Numbered from the whole stretch's first letter, positions 12,875 through 24,399 are shown. The stretch: 63,638 nt of DNA, filler included, from Octopus bimaculoides (GCF_001194135.2; 4 parts of 4 records of this genome joined end to end with filler, not necessarily neighbours in it), one strand, 5' to 3'. Numbers and translations are program-made. The notes: generated by a model not told the origin, from the letters alone.

Positions 12875-13875
12875 TATATATATTACACAACTTCACGACA
12901 GGAAGCGGGAATGTTGGCAACAGAATAAAACTCTCTCATTCAAAAAAGTCCAATTGTGAAAAGAACATTCATGAAACCATAACATCACCAGTTAGCAATG
13001 TATCAATATGGGCAATCCTTTATATTGAACACTCAATATTTCATCTATTCAAAAAGACATATTCCATATATTCAATAAGACATTCAATACTTTATTTCAT
13101 AGTACCATCCATTTTTATTTTATATTATATATTGTATATTATATTATATATTGTATATTCCATATTCTATATCCCACATTGGTTTTGCAGGANNNNNNNN
13201 NNNNNNNNNNNNNNNNNNNNNNNNNNNNNNNNNNNNNNNNNNNNNNNNNNNNNNNNNNNNNNNNNNNNNNNNNNNNNNNNNNNNNNNNNNNNNNNNNNNN
13301 NNNNNNNNNNNNNNNNNNNNNNNNNNNNNNNNNNNNNNNNNNNNNNNNNNNNNNNNNNNNNNNNNNNNNNNNNNNNNNNNNNNNNNNNNNNNNNNNNNNN
13401 NNNNNNNNNNNNNNNNNNNNNNNNNNNNNNNNNNNNNNNNNNNNNNNNNNNNNNNNNNNNNNNNNNNNNNNNNNNNNNNNNNNNNNNNNNNNNNNNNNNN
13501 NNNNNNNNNNNNNNNNNNNNNNNNNNNNNNNNNNNNNNNNNNNNNNNNNNNNNNNNNNNNNNNNNNNNNNNNNNNNNNNNNNNNNNNNNNNNNNNNNNNN
13601 NNNNNNNNNNNNNNNNNNNNNNNNNNNNNNNNNNNNNNNNNNNNNNNNNNNNNNNNNNNNNNNNNNNNNNNNNNNNNNNNNNNNNNNNNNNNNNNNNNNN
13701 NNNNNNNNNNNNNNNNNNNNNNNNNNNNNNNNNNNNNNNNNNNNNNNNNNNNNNNNNNNNNNNNNNNNNNNNNNNNNNNNNNNAGATGTATGAAAAATCT
13801 AGAGCGTCAAAAAGCCAAAACATGGTACAAGACTTCAAGGCTCAAAACTTTTCATACACCCTTCATACGTACACG

Positions 13876-13966
<91 letters not shown>

Positions 13967-14039
13967 ATTCTTTTCCATGCTTCAATCATTTAACTGAGGC
14001 CATGCTAAAATCAACCCCAGGACATTATTTATAAGCTTA

Positions 14040-14105
14040 GTACTTATTCTATCGGTCTTTTTGCCACAACATCGGTTGTCATGCGATGGTGGAGGGACAA
14101 ACACA
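14040..14105 (-). mobile_element. Internally deleted CORE-like SINE tail fragment
   Basis: tacttattctatcggtctttttgcc joined directly to catcggttgtcatgcgatggtggagggacaaacac. Confidence 0.75.
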
Positions 14106-14399
14106 GTCATACACACACAAATATATATACGTATATATTACGTGGATATCCCCTCACCACTATCCACACCGCCCGTGCCAAAGCACATCCGTGGACCGTG
14201 CTATCCACCCGACCCCAACCCCTCCCCTATACATTCTAACCCCACCATGTCTATACATCCCATCCTACCCCCAGCCATTCCCACACATTCCACTCCCACA
14301 TGCCTCCACCGCCACCGACCCTCACACTCCATTCCCAAATACCTTATGAATGAACCCCCACCCCACCCTCATTAATGCTTCCTCCACTCTCGACCCTCT

Positions 14400-14577
14400 A
14401 CCCCAACACTACCACACCACACACCACCACACCGCACACCACCACACCACCATACCAACCACCACCACACCACACACCACCATACCAACCACCACGGCAC
14501 ATACCACCACGGCACATACCACCACACCACATACCACCACACCACATACCACCACACCACAAACCACCCCACCACAC
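14400..14577 (+). repeat. Degenerate C/A-rich (CACCA/CCACA-like) tandem repeat running into a gap
   Basis: accacaccacacaccaccacacc... recurring 15-bp variants such as cataccaccacacca. Confidence 0.9.
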
Positions 14578-15202
14578 NNNNNNNNNNNNNNNNNNNNNNN
14601 NNNNNNNNNNNNNNNNNNNNNNNNNNNNNNNNNNNNNNNNNNNNNNNNNNNNNNNNNNNNNNNNNNNNNNNNNNNNNNNNNNNNNNNNNNNNNNNNNNNN
14701 NNNNNNNNNNNNNNNNNNNNNNNNNNNNNNNNNNNNNNNNNNNNNNNNNNNNNNNNNNNNNNNNNNNNNNNNNNNNNNNNNNNNNNNNNNNNNNNNNNNN
14801 NNNNNNNNNNNNNNNNNNNNNNNNNNNNNNNNNNNNNNNNNNNNNNNNNNNNNNNNNNNNNNNNNNNNNNNNNNNNNNNNNNNNNNNNNNNNNNNNNNNN
14901 NNNNNNNNNNNNNNNNNNNNNNNNNNNNNNNNNNNNNNNNNNNNNNNNNNNNNNNNNNNNNNNNNNNNNNNNNNNNNNNNNNNNNNNNNNNNNNNNNNNN
15001 NNNNNNNNNNNNNNNNNNNNNNNNNNNNNNNNNNNNNNNNNNNNNNNNNNNNNNNNNNNNNNNNNNNNNNNNNNNNNNNNNNNNNNNNNNNNNNNNNNNN
15101 NNNNNNNNNNNNNNNNNNNNNNNNNNNNNNNNNNNNNNNNNNNNNNNNNNNNNNNNNNNNNNNNNNNNNNNNNNNNNNNNNNNNNNNNNNNNNATATATA
15201 TA

Positions 15203-15350
15203 TACGATGGGCTTCTTTCAGCCTCCATCTACCAAATCCACTCACAAAACTTTAGTCGGCTCGAGGCTATAGTAGAAGACACTTACTGAAGGTGCCACGT
15301 AGCGGGACTGAACCCAAAACTATGTGGTTGGTAAGCAAGTTTCTTACCAC
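15203..15350 (-). mobile_element. CORE-like SINE, 5' half
   Basis: acgatgggcttctttcag...aaggtgccacgtagcgggactgaaccc...gtggttggtaagcaag. Confidence 0.9.
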
Positions 15351-15910
15351 CCAAATCATTTTGTCTGGAGATGTAATTCACCTGGCGGTTTCTTAATCCT
15401 TAGGCAGGTGTACAGAGAATTCGTATCTGAATTTTATATCGGAAAAGAGAATATTTCAGTGAAGTATGTCAATGATATAGCCATTTATTTTGCTATGAAC
15501 ATTACGATAAAAGGAAATTGAAGTTTCTTTGGAAGAAGAGATGTAAAGAATGAGATTTGTATCTGCTTACTTTAAACGTATATGATTTCTGGCATTTACA
15601 CTTTAATTAATTTTTTGATCTTTAGACGACATCAGTAAATTTTCATTATGATTAACTATTTGTTCCATTGAAATTTTCATAACAAATATAAATGTCTACA
15701 TAAAAATCTCTATCCTTAATGAGGCTTGCCCTCTCATTTCCTATATAAACACGACATGCAATCTTTGTTGGCTTATTACGGCATCAGTTGAAATATATTT
15801 TGTTCAACTCTCAATACTTAGTCCTCTTCTCAGTAATTGCTCAGCTTCTGTTTACAAATATATATACATACTGCATACATACACACATATATATACGCAT
15901 ATATATATAT

Positions 15911-16010
15911 NNNNNNNNNNNNNNNNNNNNNNNNNNNNNNNNNNNNNNNNNNNNTTAATTAATTAANNNNNNNNNNNNNNNNNNNNNNNNNNNNNNNNNN
16001 NNNNNNNNNN
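15911..16010. other. Assembly spacer: 44 N + TTAATTAATTAA + 44 N (100 bp)
   Basis: Identical layout at three sites; the 12-mer places a stop codon in all six frames, so it is an artificial gap marker. Confidence 0.95.
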
Positions 16011-16043
<33 letters not shown>

Positions 16044-16583
16044 CATATACATATATATATATTCATATATACATGTGCGTATATACATATATACATATAT
16101 ATAAGTATGTGTGTATAAGTTAGTGGACAAGCGATAGAACGCGGTACGAATCGTATTTGATGGGAGTTTTATTGATTAAACAGTTTGAATCGATTTCATT
16201 CAACTCTTCAACTTCTGAAAGCTCGTCAAACGAACCTATCTCATCAGAAACGTAGAAACCGAATGAAGCGAATCCACGATACCTTCTGAATAATGGACTG
16301 TTATTGGTCAACGCAGGCTACATACTGTTATTAATATGGTAGCAATTCCAATTCTGAATTCCCATGACCCACGCCTAGGACAGCATAAGAGTGTTGGTGT
16401 ATATATGCGTGTTTGTACTGACCTATGGCTGTGTGTATTTAGTACGTATGGGTATTATGTGCGTTGTATGTGAGTAAGTGTGCGTATGTGCATGTGAGCA
16501 ATCTACTGAATATGTATCTGTATGTGACGTGTGTAGGTATACACAAGAGTGGGGTTTGTATCTGCTGCATGTAGTATAGAAAA

Positions 16584-17560
16584 GAGTGGGTTGGAAATGT
16601 TCAAAGGCCCACAGAATGTAACCAAATGTGTTTCTTTTCCACAGTCCCCTTTGTGGTCTACATACTTTTTCCCTCGGAGTTGCAGAGCTCGAATCCCATT
16701 GGAGAAGTAGCTTTTATCCTGTTAGTCAAAAAGGTAATCCTCAGCAAGTATGACGTCATCATAACTGCTATAGTGGTTGCAGATAAGTATTTTTTTCATG
16801 CTGGGGAACATGCAGGTGGTAGTCAGATAAAGCCAAATCAGGAGAATAGGGAGGCTGATGAAGCAGATCAAATTATATTCCCGCGCAACACACATTGCAA
16901 TCAAGAATTTCTATGCTGGAAAATTGTACTGATCAAAGAAGACACATCTCGACAGTTTTCCTGGGCGTTTGGTCTTGATATCCTTTCCTAACTGCCTCAG
17001 CAAAGTGGTATATTACTCTCCATTGATGGTATAGCTCATTCTCCTAAAACTGATGCCATCACCTTCCCTGCAGATGAAACTGTTAACCATTTTGGAGCAG
17101 GTGAGGAGGGAGGTTTCCGCTTCATGGATTTCGTCTTTTTCCCTGAAATAAGAAACGTTCAGGGAAACTAGCTAGATCTGCTTCAAACAACAACAAATAC
17201 CTTCTCATTATGTCATCAGCCTGGTGATTAACAACATCAGGAGACGTGGTTCGCACCGAGTAGAAACCTATCTCTTGCCAAGTTCACTGTGCTGAATATT
17301 CTCAAATCTCTTACACAGGATATGCTAATAGCATTGGTTATTTGATTTACAGTAAGTCACCGGTAATCTATCGCCTTGTGGTGAATACGATCTCTGTTTT
17401 CCTCAGTGGTGGCAGTTGCAGAACTTCCAGACCCTAAGTCATTCAGCTAGCTACTTTTCCTCTATTGATAAAACTGGAGCGGTATTCTCTAATGTAGCAA
17501 TCAATAGATATCCTTAGGGGCTAAACCGGTTTAATGAAGGCACATGGTAACACCTCAATT
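16584..17560 (-). mobile_element. Degenerate mariner (Tc1/mariner) transposon with a pseudogenised transposase and internal deletions
   Basis: Minus-strand pieces TINGE*YTTLLRQLGKDIKTKRPGKL, FDLLHQPPYSPDLALSDYHL (YSPDL motif, 16835-16860), MKKIL..NHYSSYDDVI, GIRALQLRGKKYVDHKGD and SSAGKVMASV; TIR-like gagtgggttggaaatgttcaaaggcc at 16584. Confidence 0.92.
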
Positions 17561-17792
17561 CTTTTTTTTTTTTGTCCACTGTGAATAGAAGTCACTACTA
17601 ATTAGATTTGACGTTCTTTTTTGAAAAATGAGGTATCGGTTTACCTGGAAAACATACAATGCAGTTATTAATAAGAAGGTTTGAAATTAATGATGACAAC
17701 ATTTTACAATTCTAGCATCATTCTTTCAAATGCATTACACTCCACCGTGTGTGCGTGTGTGTATTTATAATATATATATATATATATATATA

Positions 17793-17931
17793 TGGGAGAA
17801 TATACAAATAATAACAACAGACGAGGACAGGTGGTGTAAATAACAAAAGTATATATTAGTATGACGCTCGGGAATACGGAAAGTCTTTGACGTTTCGAGC
17901 TACGCTCTTCAACAGAAAGAATACGGAGACA
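17793..17931 (-). mobile_element. Penelope-like terminal repeat remnant
   Basis: Contains a minimal hammerhead-like motif on the minus strand; resembles an octopus repeat as I recall it (not verified); truncated by a gap. Confidence 0.55.
17884..17920 (-). ncRNA. Degenerate minimal type I hammerhead ribozyme-like motif
   Basis: Minus strand reads TCTTT-CTGTTGA-A-GAGC gta GCTC-GAAA-CGTC-AAAGA: 5-bp stem I, 4-bp stem II, palindromic ACGT stem III; core A6 is mutated to T. Confidence 0.55.
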
Positions 17932-18380
17932 NNNNNNNNNNNNNNNNNNNNNNNNNNNNNNNNNNNNNNNNNNNNNNNNNNNNNNNNNNNNNNNNNNNNN
18001 NNNNNNNNNNNNNNNNNNNNNNNNNNNNNNNNNNNNNNNNNNNNNNNNNNNNNNNNNNNNNNNNNNNNNNNNNNNNNNNNNNNNNNNNNNNNNNNNNNNN
18101 NNNNNNNNNNNNNNNNNNNNNNNNNNNNNNNNNNNNNNNNNNNNNNNNNNNNNNNNNNNNNNNNNNNNNNNNNNNNNNNNNNNNNNNNNNNNNNNNNNNN
18201 NNNNNNNNNNNNNNNNNNNNNNNNNNNNNNNNNNNNNNNNNNNNNNNNNNNNNNNNNNNNNNNNNNNNNNNNNNNNNNNNNNNNNNNNNNNNNNNNNNNN
18301 NNNNNNNNNNNNNNNNNNNNNNNNNNNNNNNNNNNNNNNNNNNNNNNNNNNNNNNNNNNNNNNNNNNNNNNNNNNNNNNN

Positions 18381-18560
18381 TGATGCGTTTTGTCTCACTT
18401 TTTTTCCTGATGAGAAGATTGTATTGTTTACAACGTTGCATTCCTTCTGGAATAATACAAATGTTTTCTTCGAAACATATGTCAGAAGTATAAAGATTTG
18501 AATAGCAGCTGGTTTTATCTCCATTTATTTGTCTATCTATGATAAAAAAAACATTTCACC
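18381..18560 (+). mobile_element. Penelope-like terminal repeat remnant carrying a hammerhead motif
   Basis: Hammerhead core with a palindromic stem III, the arrangement typical of PLE termini. Confidence 0.55.
18397..18489 (+). ncRNA. Type I hammerhead ribozyme-like motif with an intact core
   Basis: CTGATGA 18407-18413; stem II GAAGA/TCTTC extended by TTGTATT/AATACAA; GAAA 18472-18475; C-ATAT-GTC stem III (palindrome ACATATGT); predicted cleavage after C18483; stem I weak (acttt.../agaagt). Confidence 0.65.
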
Positions 18561-19679
18561 AAAACGTGGAAATTCTACCTTTAAAAGTAGGCTGTTATAT
18601 CTTTGGTACTTATGTGAATTTTTGCTACCCTGGTAACTATTTATTTATTTTTTCCATCTTTTTTGTAAACAATGAAAAATTTAATCATACATTTATATAT
18701 ATACATATACATGTGTGTGTGTGTGTGTATACATATACATATTTGTATATATGCGTGTGTATACATGTGTTTGTGCCATTGAATGAAATCATGTATGTAC
18801 ACGTGTGTATGCGAGCGTGATAATATTCTAAGAGAATTTTCAATTCCAATCATTAGTAATGAACCGAGATCTATTATAAAGAACATGGGGTCGAATGATA
18901 AATAATAAACATTATAACAACTTGAGCAATCATGTTGAAGACAAAAAGGTTGAAATATGTTATAAAAATAGCTACCAATGCAATGCATTATTATAAATTT
19001 ATAATAATATAATTACAGTAGAACAATATTTATTATTGATGTCACTACTGGAGCAATATTTTCTGAATTTAATGAAATAGTTTGTATTATAACGGACAAT
19101 TAGGCGAATTGACAATGCAATGCTGAACAATATTATATAATACAAATCCACAATTGTACTTGAATGTTTAATGCGCAAATTCGAGTTTGACGTTAACTTA
19201 TATAATTATAAATCAAATGAAGGTTATCTTGGCGTTGTGTTAATAATATGACAATAGCTATGTCGTTGAATGTTATAGAAATATACAATTATACTAATGT
19301 GATACCAATAAACTTATGGATAGAAAATACACGTTTATACGGATAATAGTGTACTTTCTCATCTTTGTATTTTGATGTGAGGTCGTGTTGCATCTCGGGA
19401 TGGTCAATATGGCAATAGTAAACACAAGTACTGTTTTTACTTTACTTCATTAATAATGTAATAAATGGCAATTTTGACATATCTAGCTGGCTGATTGATT
19501 GATTGATAGAAAAATTAATCAAACAATTTAGTATTTATGTGTTTCAGCAACTGACAAATAAAAATGAAGTGAAACAGTCATGCATTTCATTATTGGCATA
19601 GTGACCTACCCGAGATACAATAACTTGAGTACATTGTCATTATATTAAATACGTCTCTTACACTTATTTGCTGCCTGCT

Positions 19680-19765
19680 CTCTTTTACTTGCTTCAGTCT
19701 TTAAACAGTGGCCATACTGGGGCACCACCTTGAAGAATGTTAAGCGAACGAATTGACCCCAGTTC
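19680..19765 (-). mobile_element. Diverged CORE-like SINE tail
   Basis: cttttacttgcttcagtc...ggccatactggggcaccacctt...gaattgaccccag. Confidence 0.75.
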
Positions 19766-19774
19766 TTACCGCAC

Positions 19775-19962
19775 GGGGCAAGTTGCTTACCAGCATTTCG
19801 TCCGTTTTTACGTTCTGAATTCAAATTGTACCGAAGTCGACTTTGCTTTTGTCATTTATCCTGGGTCGATAAAACAAATACCAGCTGAACACTTGGGTCG
19901 ATGTAATCGACCTAGCCCCTCCCCTTGAAACTGTTGGCCTGGTGTCTATAATAGAAAGGATT
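19775..19962 (+). mobile_element. OK-like SINE (diverged)
   Basis: ttacgttctgaattcaaattg...gtcgactttgc...gggtcgatgtaatcgac...agaaaggattattatt. Confidence 0.8.
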
Positions 19963-20029
19963 ATTATTATCATCTTCATCCTTTTCGTCGTCATCGTTGT
20001 TATTGTTTTTGTTGCTGTTGTTGTTACCG

Positions 20030-20110
20030 ACTGAGCTCTGTAGTCGATGTAATCGAGTAGCTTCCAGACTCCCAATATTTCAGGCCTTGTGTCTATAACA
20101 GAAAGGATTG
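20030..20110 (+). mobile_element. Second OK-like SINE 3' end
   Basis: gtcgatgtaatcgag...ggccttgtgtctataacagaaaggatt duplicates 19897-19960. Confidence 0.75.
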
Positions 20111-20112
20111 TA

Positions 20113-20153
20113 CATTATTATTATCATCATCATCATTATTATTATCATCATCA

Positions 20154-20247
<94 letters not shown>

Positions 20248-20268
20248 CGTCATCATTATCATCATCAC

Positions 20269-20362
<94 letters not shown>

Positions 20363-20422
20363 ATTATCATCATCATCATTATTATTTTTATTGTTGTTGT
20401 TGTTATCATTATTATTATTATT
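20113..20422 (+). repeat. Compound (ATT)n/(CAT)n triplet microsatellite, ~310 bp
   Basis: Alternating blocks, largely in one register (source of the poly-I/Y/H/N/D/M ORFs). Confidence 0.97.
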
Positions 20423-20707
20423 CAACTTGTTGACTATTCTGCTAATTAACAAATAGATGGCTTGATTAATCGCCGGGTTGATTTAATCAATCAGCTCGGT
20501 TCGTCAATGTCTTTTAGTTACCATTTGAGACCTCATCAATGAGATGCCCTTACTACTCCATGTTTGCTTTCTACTTTCCAGATTGTGACAGGGGAAGGGA
20601 GTGAAAGTGTGAAACAAAATTTTTCTATTTGTGTGTGCGTGTGTTTGTATGTGATTATGCGTGTGTAAATGCACGTTTGTACGCGTATGATATATATATA
20701 TATATTC

Positions 20708-20822
20708 TGATAGAATAAGTACTAGGCTTACAAAGAATAAGTCCTGGGGTCGATTCGTTCGATTAAAGGCGGTGCTCCAGCTTGACCGCAGTCAATTGAC
20801 TGAAACAAATAAAGGAATAAAA
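20708..20822 (+). mobile_element. CORE-like SINE 3' tail
   Basis: gatagaataagtactaggcttacaaagaataagtcctggggtcg...ccgcagtcaattgactgaaac. Confidence 0.9.
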
Positions 20823-20831
20823 GAATTAATT

Positions 20832-20939
20832 TCATTATAAATGTAAAAACACCACTGAGGAATCGACGTAAGCTTAAACAATAAACCGCGATAGGTGAAC
20901 CGCGATAGATGATCCGCGATATGCCGAGAGATTATTGTA
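20832..20939. mobile_element. Terminal fragment of a DNA transposon/MITE, pogo/Tigger-like end
   Basis: Three (a/t)ccgcgata motifs ending cgagagattattg-TA; homologous copy at 34832-34928; superfamily assigned from recalled CAGTAATCCCTCG-type TIRs. Confidence 0.45.
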
Positions 20940-21694
20940 GTACGTTGGTATATAAATTCATTATTTCTTTGACAATGAACGAAAGACGAAGAGCGCCATA
21001 AAACTCTAATATGAACTGGCCCATCCCCTGAATAAAAAACAAAATAAATAAATAAATAAATAAATAAAGTAGCTGGATTTGAATGTCCACGCACGCACAC
21101 GCAACGACACGCACACCAACAAATATTCTTTCTATTCATAAAGTCAGTAACCACAGAAAAGAAAAAAAAAAGAAGGACAATTAGCTCTCACTCACAGCTT
21201 TCACAGCCAGCACCACACAGTCATACAAAGGCAATCACGCACACGTACACACACACACACACGCACACACATACAGGTACTCACTCACATATCACTTATA
21301 GAATATGCACGTGCCCATATACGAGTACACAGACATGTGCGCACGCATGCCCTCTTTTTCACACATTCTTTCTAACAAACCCATAAATATAATCTGAACG
21401 CTAGGAGACAGAGAGACAGAACAGGCAGCGCAGGCATTTTATAGATAAGGTCACGAATGGCGATGAACAGACTCTGTCGAACCTGGCTGCTTGATTGAAA
21501 GATTGACCGAAAGATTAATCAAGCCATCAATTAGTCAATTGCTTCAACAATTAACTAGTTGACTAATAATAATATGAAGAGGGAAATCGATTCAGTGGAT
21601 GGGTTTCTTATCAACATAACCGTCCCGAGATACATAAAGATGTTTCATTGCACGATTTCACAGCACGATATTGTATACCAAACACGAAATATAC

Positions 21695-22018
21695 AAACAT
21701 GCATGCATACATACATACATACATACATACTTACGTGCATGCATGCATGTATGCATATATATATACATACATATATACATACATGCATGTATTTCTGCTT
21801 AAATTTCGGAAATTATTTAATATAACGCTAAGAACCATTCTTTGAATTTATTCAGAATATCTTTGTACGACGTCTTCATGCAGGCCTACATACATACATA
21901 CATACATACATACATACATACATACATACATACATACATTCATACATACACACATATCTACATACATGCATACATACATAATACACACATACGCACACAT
22001 ACATACATACATACAAAC
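21695..22018 (+). repeat. (TACA)n-rich microsatellite tracts; a further tract lies at 22381-22494 on the other side of the SINE
   Basis: Visible catacatacata runs, interrupted by unique sequence at about 21790-21885. Confidence 0.9.
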
Positions 22019-22019
22019 A

Positions 22020-22381
22020 TTTGCTGACACTCGTCGCTTACAACAACAAGGGTTCCAATTGATCCGATCAACTCGTGAAATTAACGTGCAAACGGCCGAG
22101 CACTCCACAGAAACGTGTACGGTTAACGTAGTTCTCAGGGATATTCAGCGTGACACCGTGTGACGAGGCTGGCTCTTTGAATTACAGGCACAACAGCAAC
22201 AGGAAGTAAGAGTGAGAGAGAGTTGTGATGAAAGGGTACAGCAGGGTTCGTCACCATCCCCTGCCGGAGCCTCGTGGAGCTTTCGCTCAATAAACACTCA
22301 CAACGCCCGGTCTGGGAATCGAAACAGCGATCCAATGATCGCGAGTCCGCTGCCTAAACCACTGGGCCTTTGCGCCTCCAC
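22020..22381 (-). mobile_element. Full-length tRNA-derived SINE (OR1/OR2-like family)
   Basis: Minus strand starts gtggaggcgcaaaggcccagtggtttaggcagcggactcgcg...gtttcgattcccagaccggg (A- and B-box-like); GC-rich relative to its flanks; family name from recall. Confidence 0.8.
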
Positions 22382-22687
22382 ACATTCATACATACATACA
22401 TATATACATACATACATACATAATACATACATGCATACATGCATACATACATTCATTCATACATGCAAAGGTACATACATACACATATACATATGATGAC
22501 TGTCATCTCGTGGCGGAGGACCCATTAAAAACGTTGTGCGTTGAGACAAATTATACTTAACACTCGTGACTCTGCTGGGGGTGTAATGACCTCAGCTCTT
22601 GATAAAAATATAGTTAATTCAGAGCAGGCTTCCTCCATTCACTACACTGGCCGTACATTTTCGAGCACCTCGCTTAAATTCTGTATA

Positions 22688-22967
22688 TGAAGAGTGGTTG
22701 TGTGGTAAGTAGCTTGTGCACCAACCACATGGTTCTGGGTTCAGTCCCACTGCGTGGCACACTAGCCAGGTATCTTGTACTATAGCCTCGAGCCGACCAA
22801 ACCCTTGTGAGTGGAATTTGTAGGCGGAAAATGAAAGCCTGTCGTATATATATATATATATATNNNNNNNNNNNNNNNNNNNNNNNNNNNNNNNNNNNNN
22901 NNNNNNNNNNNNNNNNNNNNNNNNNNNNNNNNNNNNNNNNNNNNNNNNNNNNNNNNNNNNNNNNNNN

Positions 22968-23010
<43 letters not shown>

Positions 23011-23039
23011 TTGTGTGTGCGTGTGTGTGTGTGCGTGTC

Positions 23040-23077
<38 letters not shown>

Positions 23078-23282
23078 AGTGTCTGTGTTTGTCCTCTCAA
23101 TATTGCTTGACAACAGATGCTGGTGTGTTTACGTCCCCTTATCTAGCGGTTCGGCAAAAGAGACAGCTAGAATAAGTACTAGGCTTACAAAGAATAAGTC
23201 CTGGGGTCGATTTGCACTACCAAAGGCGGTGGTCCAGCATGGCCACAGTCAATACACTGAAACAATTAAAAGAGTAAAAGAG
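22688..23282 (+). mobile_element. Full-length CORE-like SINE with an expanded internal (TA)/(TG) tract containing a gap
   Basis: Head gagtggttgtgtggtaag...gggttcagtcccactgcgtggcac and tail ...gcatggccacagtcaatacactgaaac...agagtaaaagag. Confidence 0.92.
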
Positions 23283-23760
23283 GTTTGAGTGCCGAAGTAT
23301 TTAACTGTATTAAACATGCACTGAATAAATGAAGCACTGCTGTTAATAGAATCAAAATATTATATATTATTAATGCTGTTTAAACGAAAGTTTTACCAGT
23401 GCAACCGTTTCAAATGATTGATCTTAAGGTGATTCATTTTTCTTTTATATAATAGTGTATTACTAAAAGAGAGTTGGGAAATGTAATGAAATAGTAAATA
23501 TAACGTAGAGGGAACGGGAGAATGAGAGGGAAATATTGGTATAAATTAGAAGTCATTAACAAAAGATGGGATAGAAGGTGGGAGGAAAGGTTTACAATGA
23601 CAGCTTTGAAGTAACTGTTCCAGTGAATTAGTCTGTTAAGGTGAATGTTATTGATAAATCAATTAATGACAAAGCCACTCCTCAGAATTGTGATCTTGGT
23701 TTAAAAGAAAATTTTGTAGTCGCACAACATATGCACGAAGTAATATGTAGATACACGAAA

Positions 23761-23965
23761 GGTGGCGGAGTGGAAGAATTGTTAGCGCGCCGGACTATAT
23801 CATTAGATGCATTTCTTCCAGCTCTTTGCGATCTGGGTTCAAATTCTGCCAAGGTGGTCTTGGCCTTTCATCTATTTGGAGTTGATGAACTAAATGCCAA
23901 TTGAGTATTAGGTTCTATGTTACCGATTTCAACTTTGCTGGCCTTATGCTAAACGTTAGGAAGAA
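23761..23965 (+). mobile_element. Old OK-like SINE
   Basis: ggcggagtggaagaattgttagcgcgccgg...ctgggttcaaattctgccaagg...gcctttcatc. Confidence 0.7.
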
Positions 23966-24399
23966 TACAAAGACATACAGATATTGACTATATTTCTAAC
24001 ACAGTGTTTGTGTTTGTGTGTTTGAGGTTGTGCGTGAATAGGTGTGTATGTGTATGTATATATGTATATCTACGCAAGTATCTGTGTTTGTGTGTCGGTG
24101 TATGTGTGTGAAAGAGTTATTTGTCTACGCACATGGATAATCAAAAGCAAACGTAGCTAAAGGAAAATATAAAAAATAATGAAATGCTAACAAATGTAAG
24201 TGATGGCCGCAAAAATTAACATGAGGTTAGAGAAGGGGAAATTTTGCTATACAGGAAGATCGTATATATATATATATATATATATATNNNNNNNNNNNNN
24301 NNNNNNNNNNNNNNNNNNNNNNNNNNNNNNNNNNNNNNNNNTAATCCCCCCACCAAAAAAAAACGAAGATAAGACACAAAAAAAAACAACAACTCGGGG

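Noticed and set aside
16626-16991. 121-aa plus-strand ORF
   Set aside because: It is the antisense frame of the mariner transposase pseudogene.
20080-20452. Poly-I/Y/H/N/D/M ORFs, and similar poly-S/F/L/E/K/R ORFs at 29.6-32.2 kb and 44-45 kb
   Set aside because: These are translations of triplet microsatellites with no flanking coding signal.
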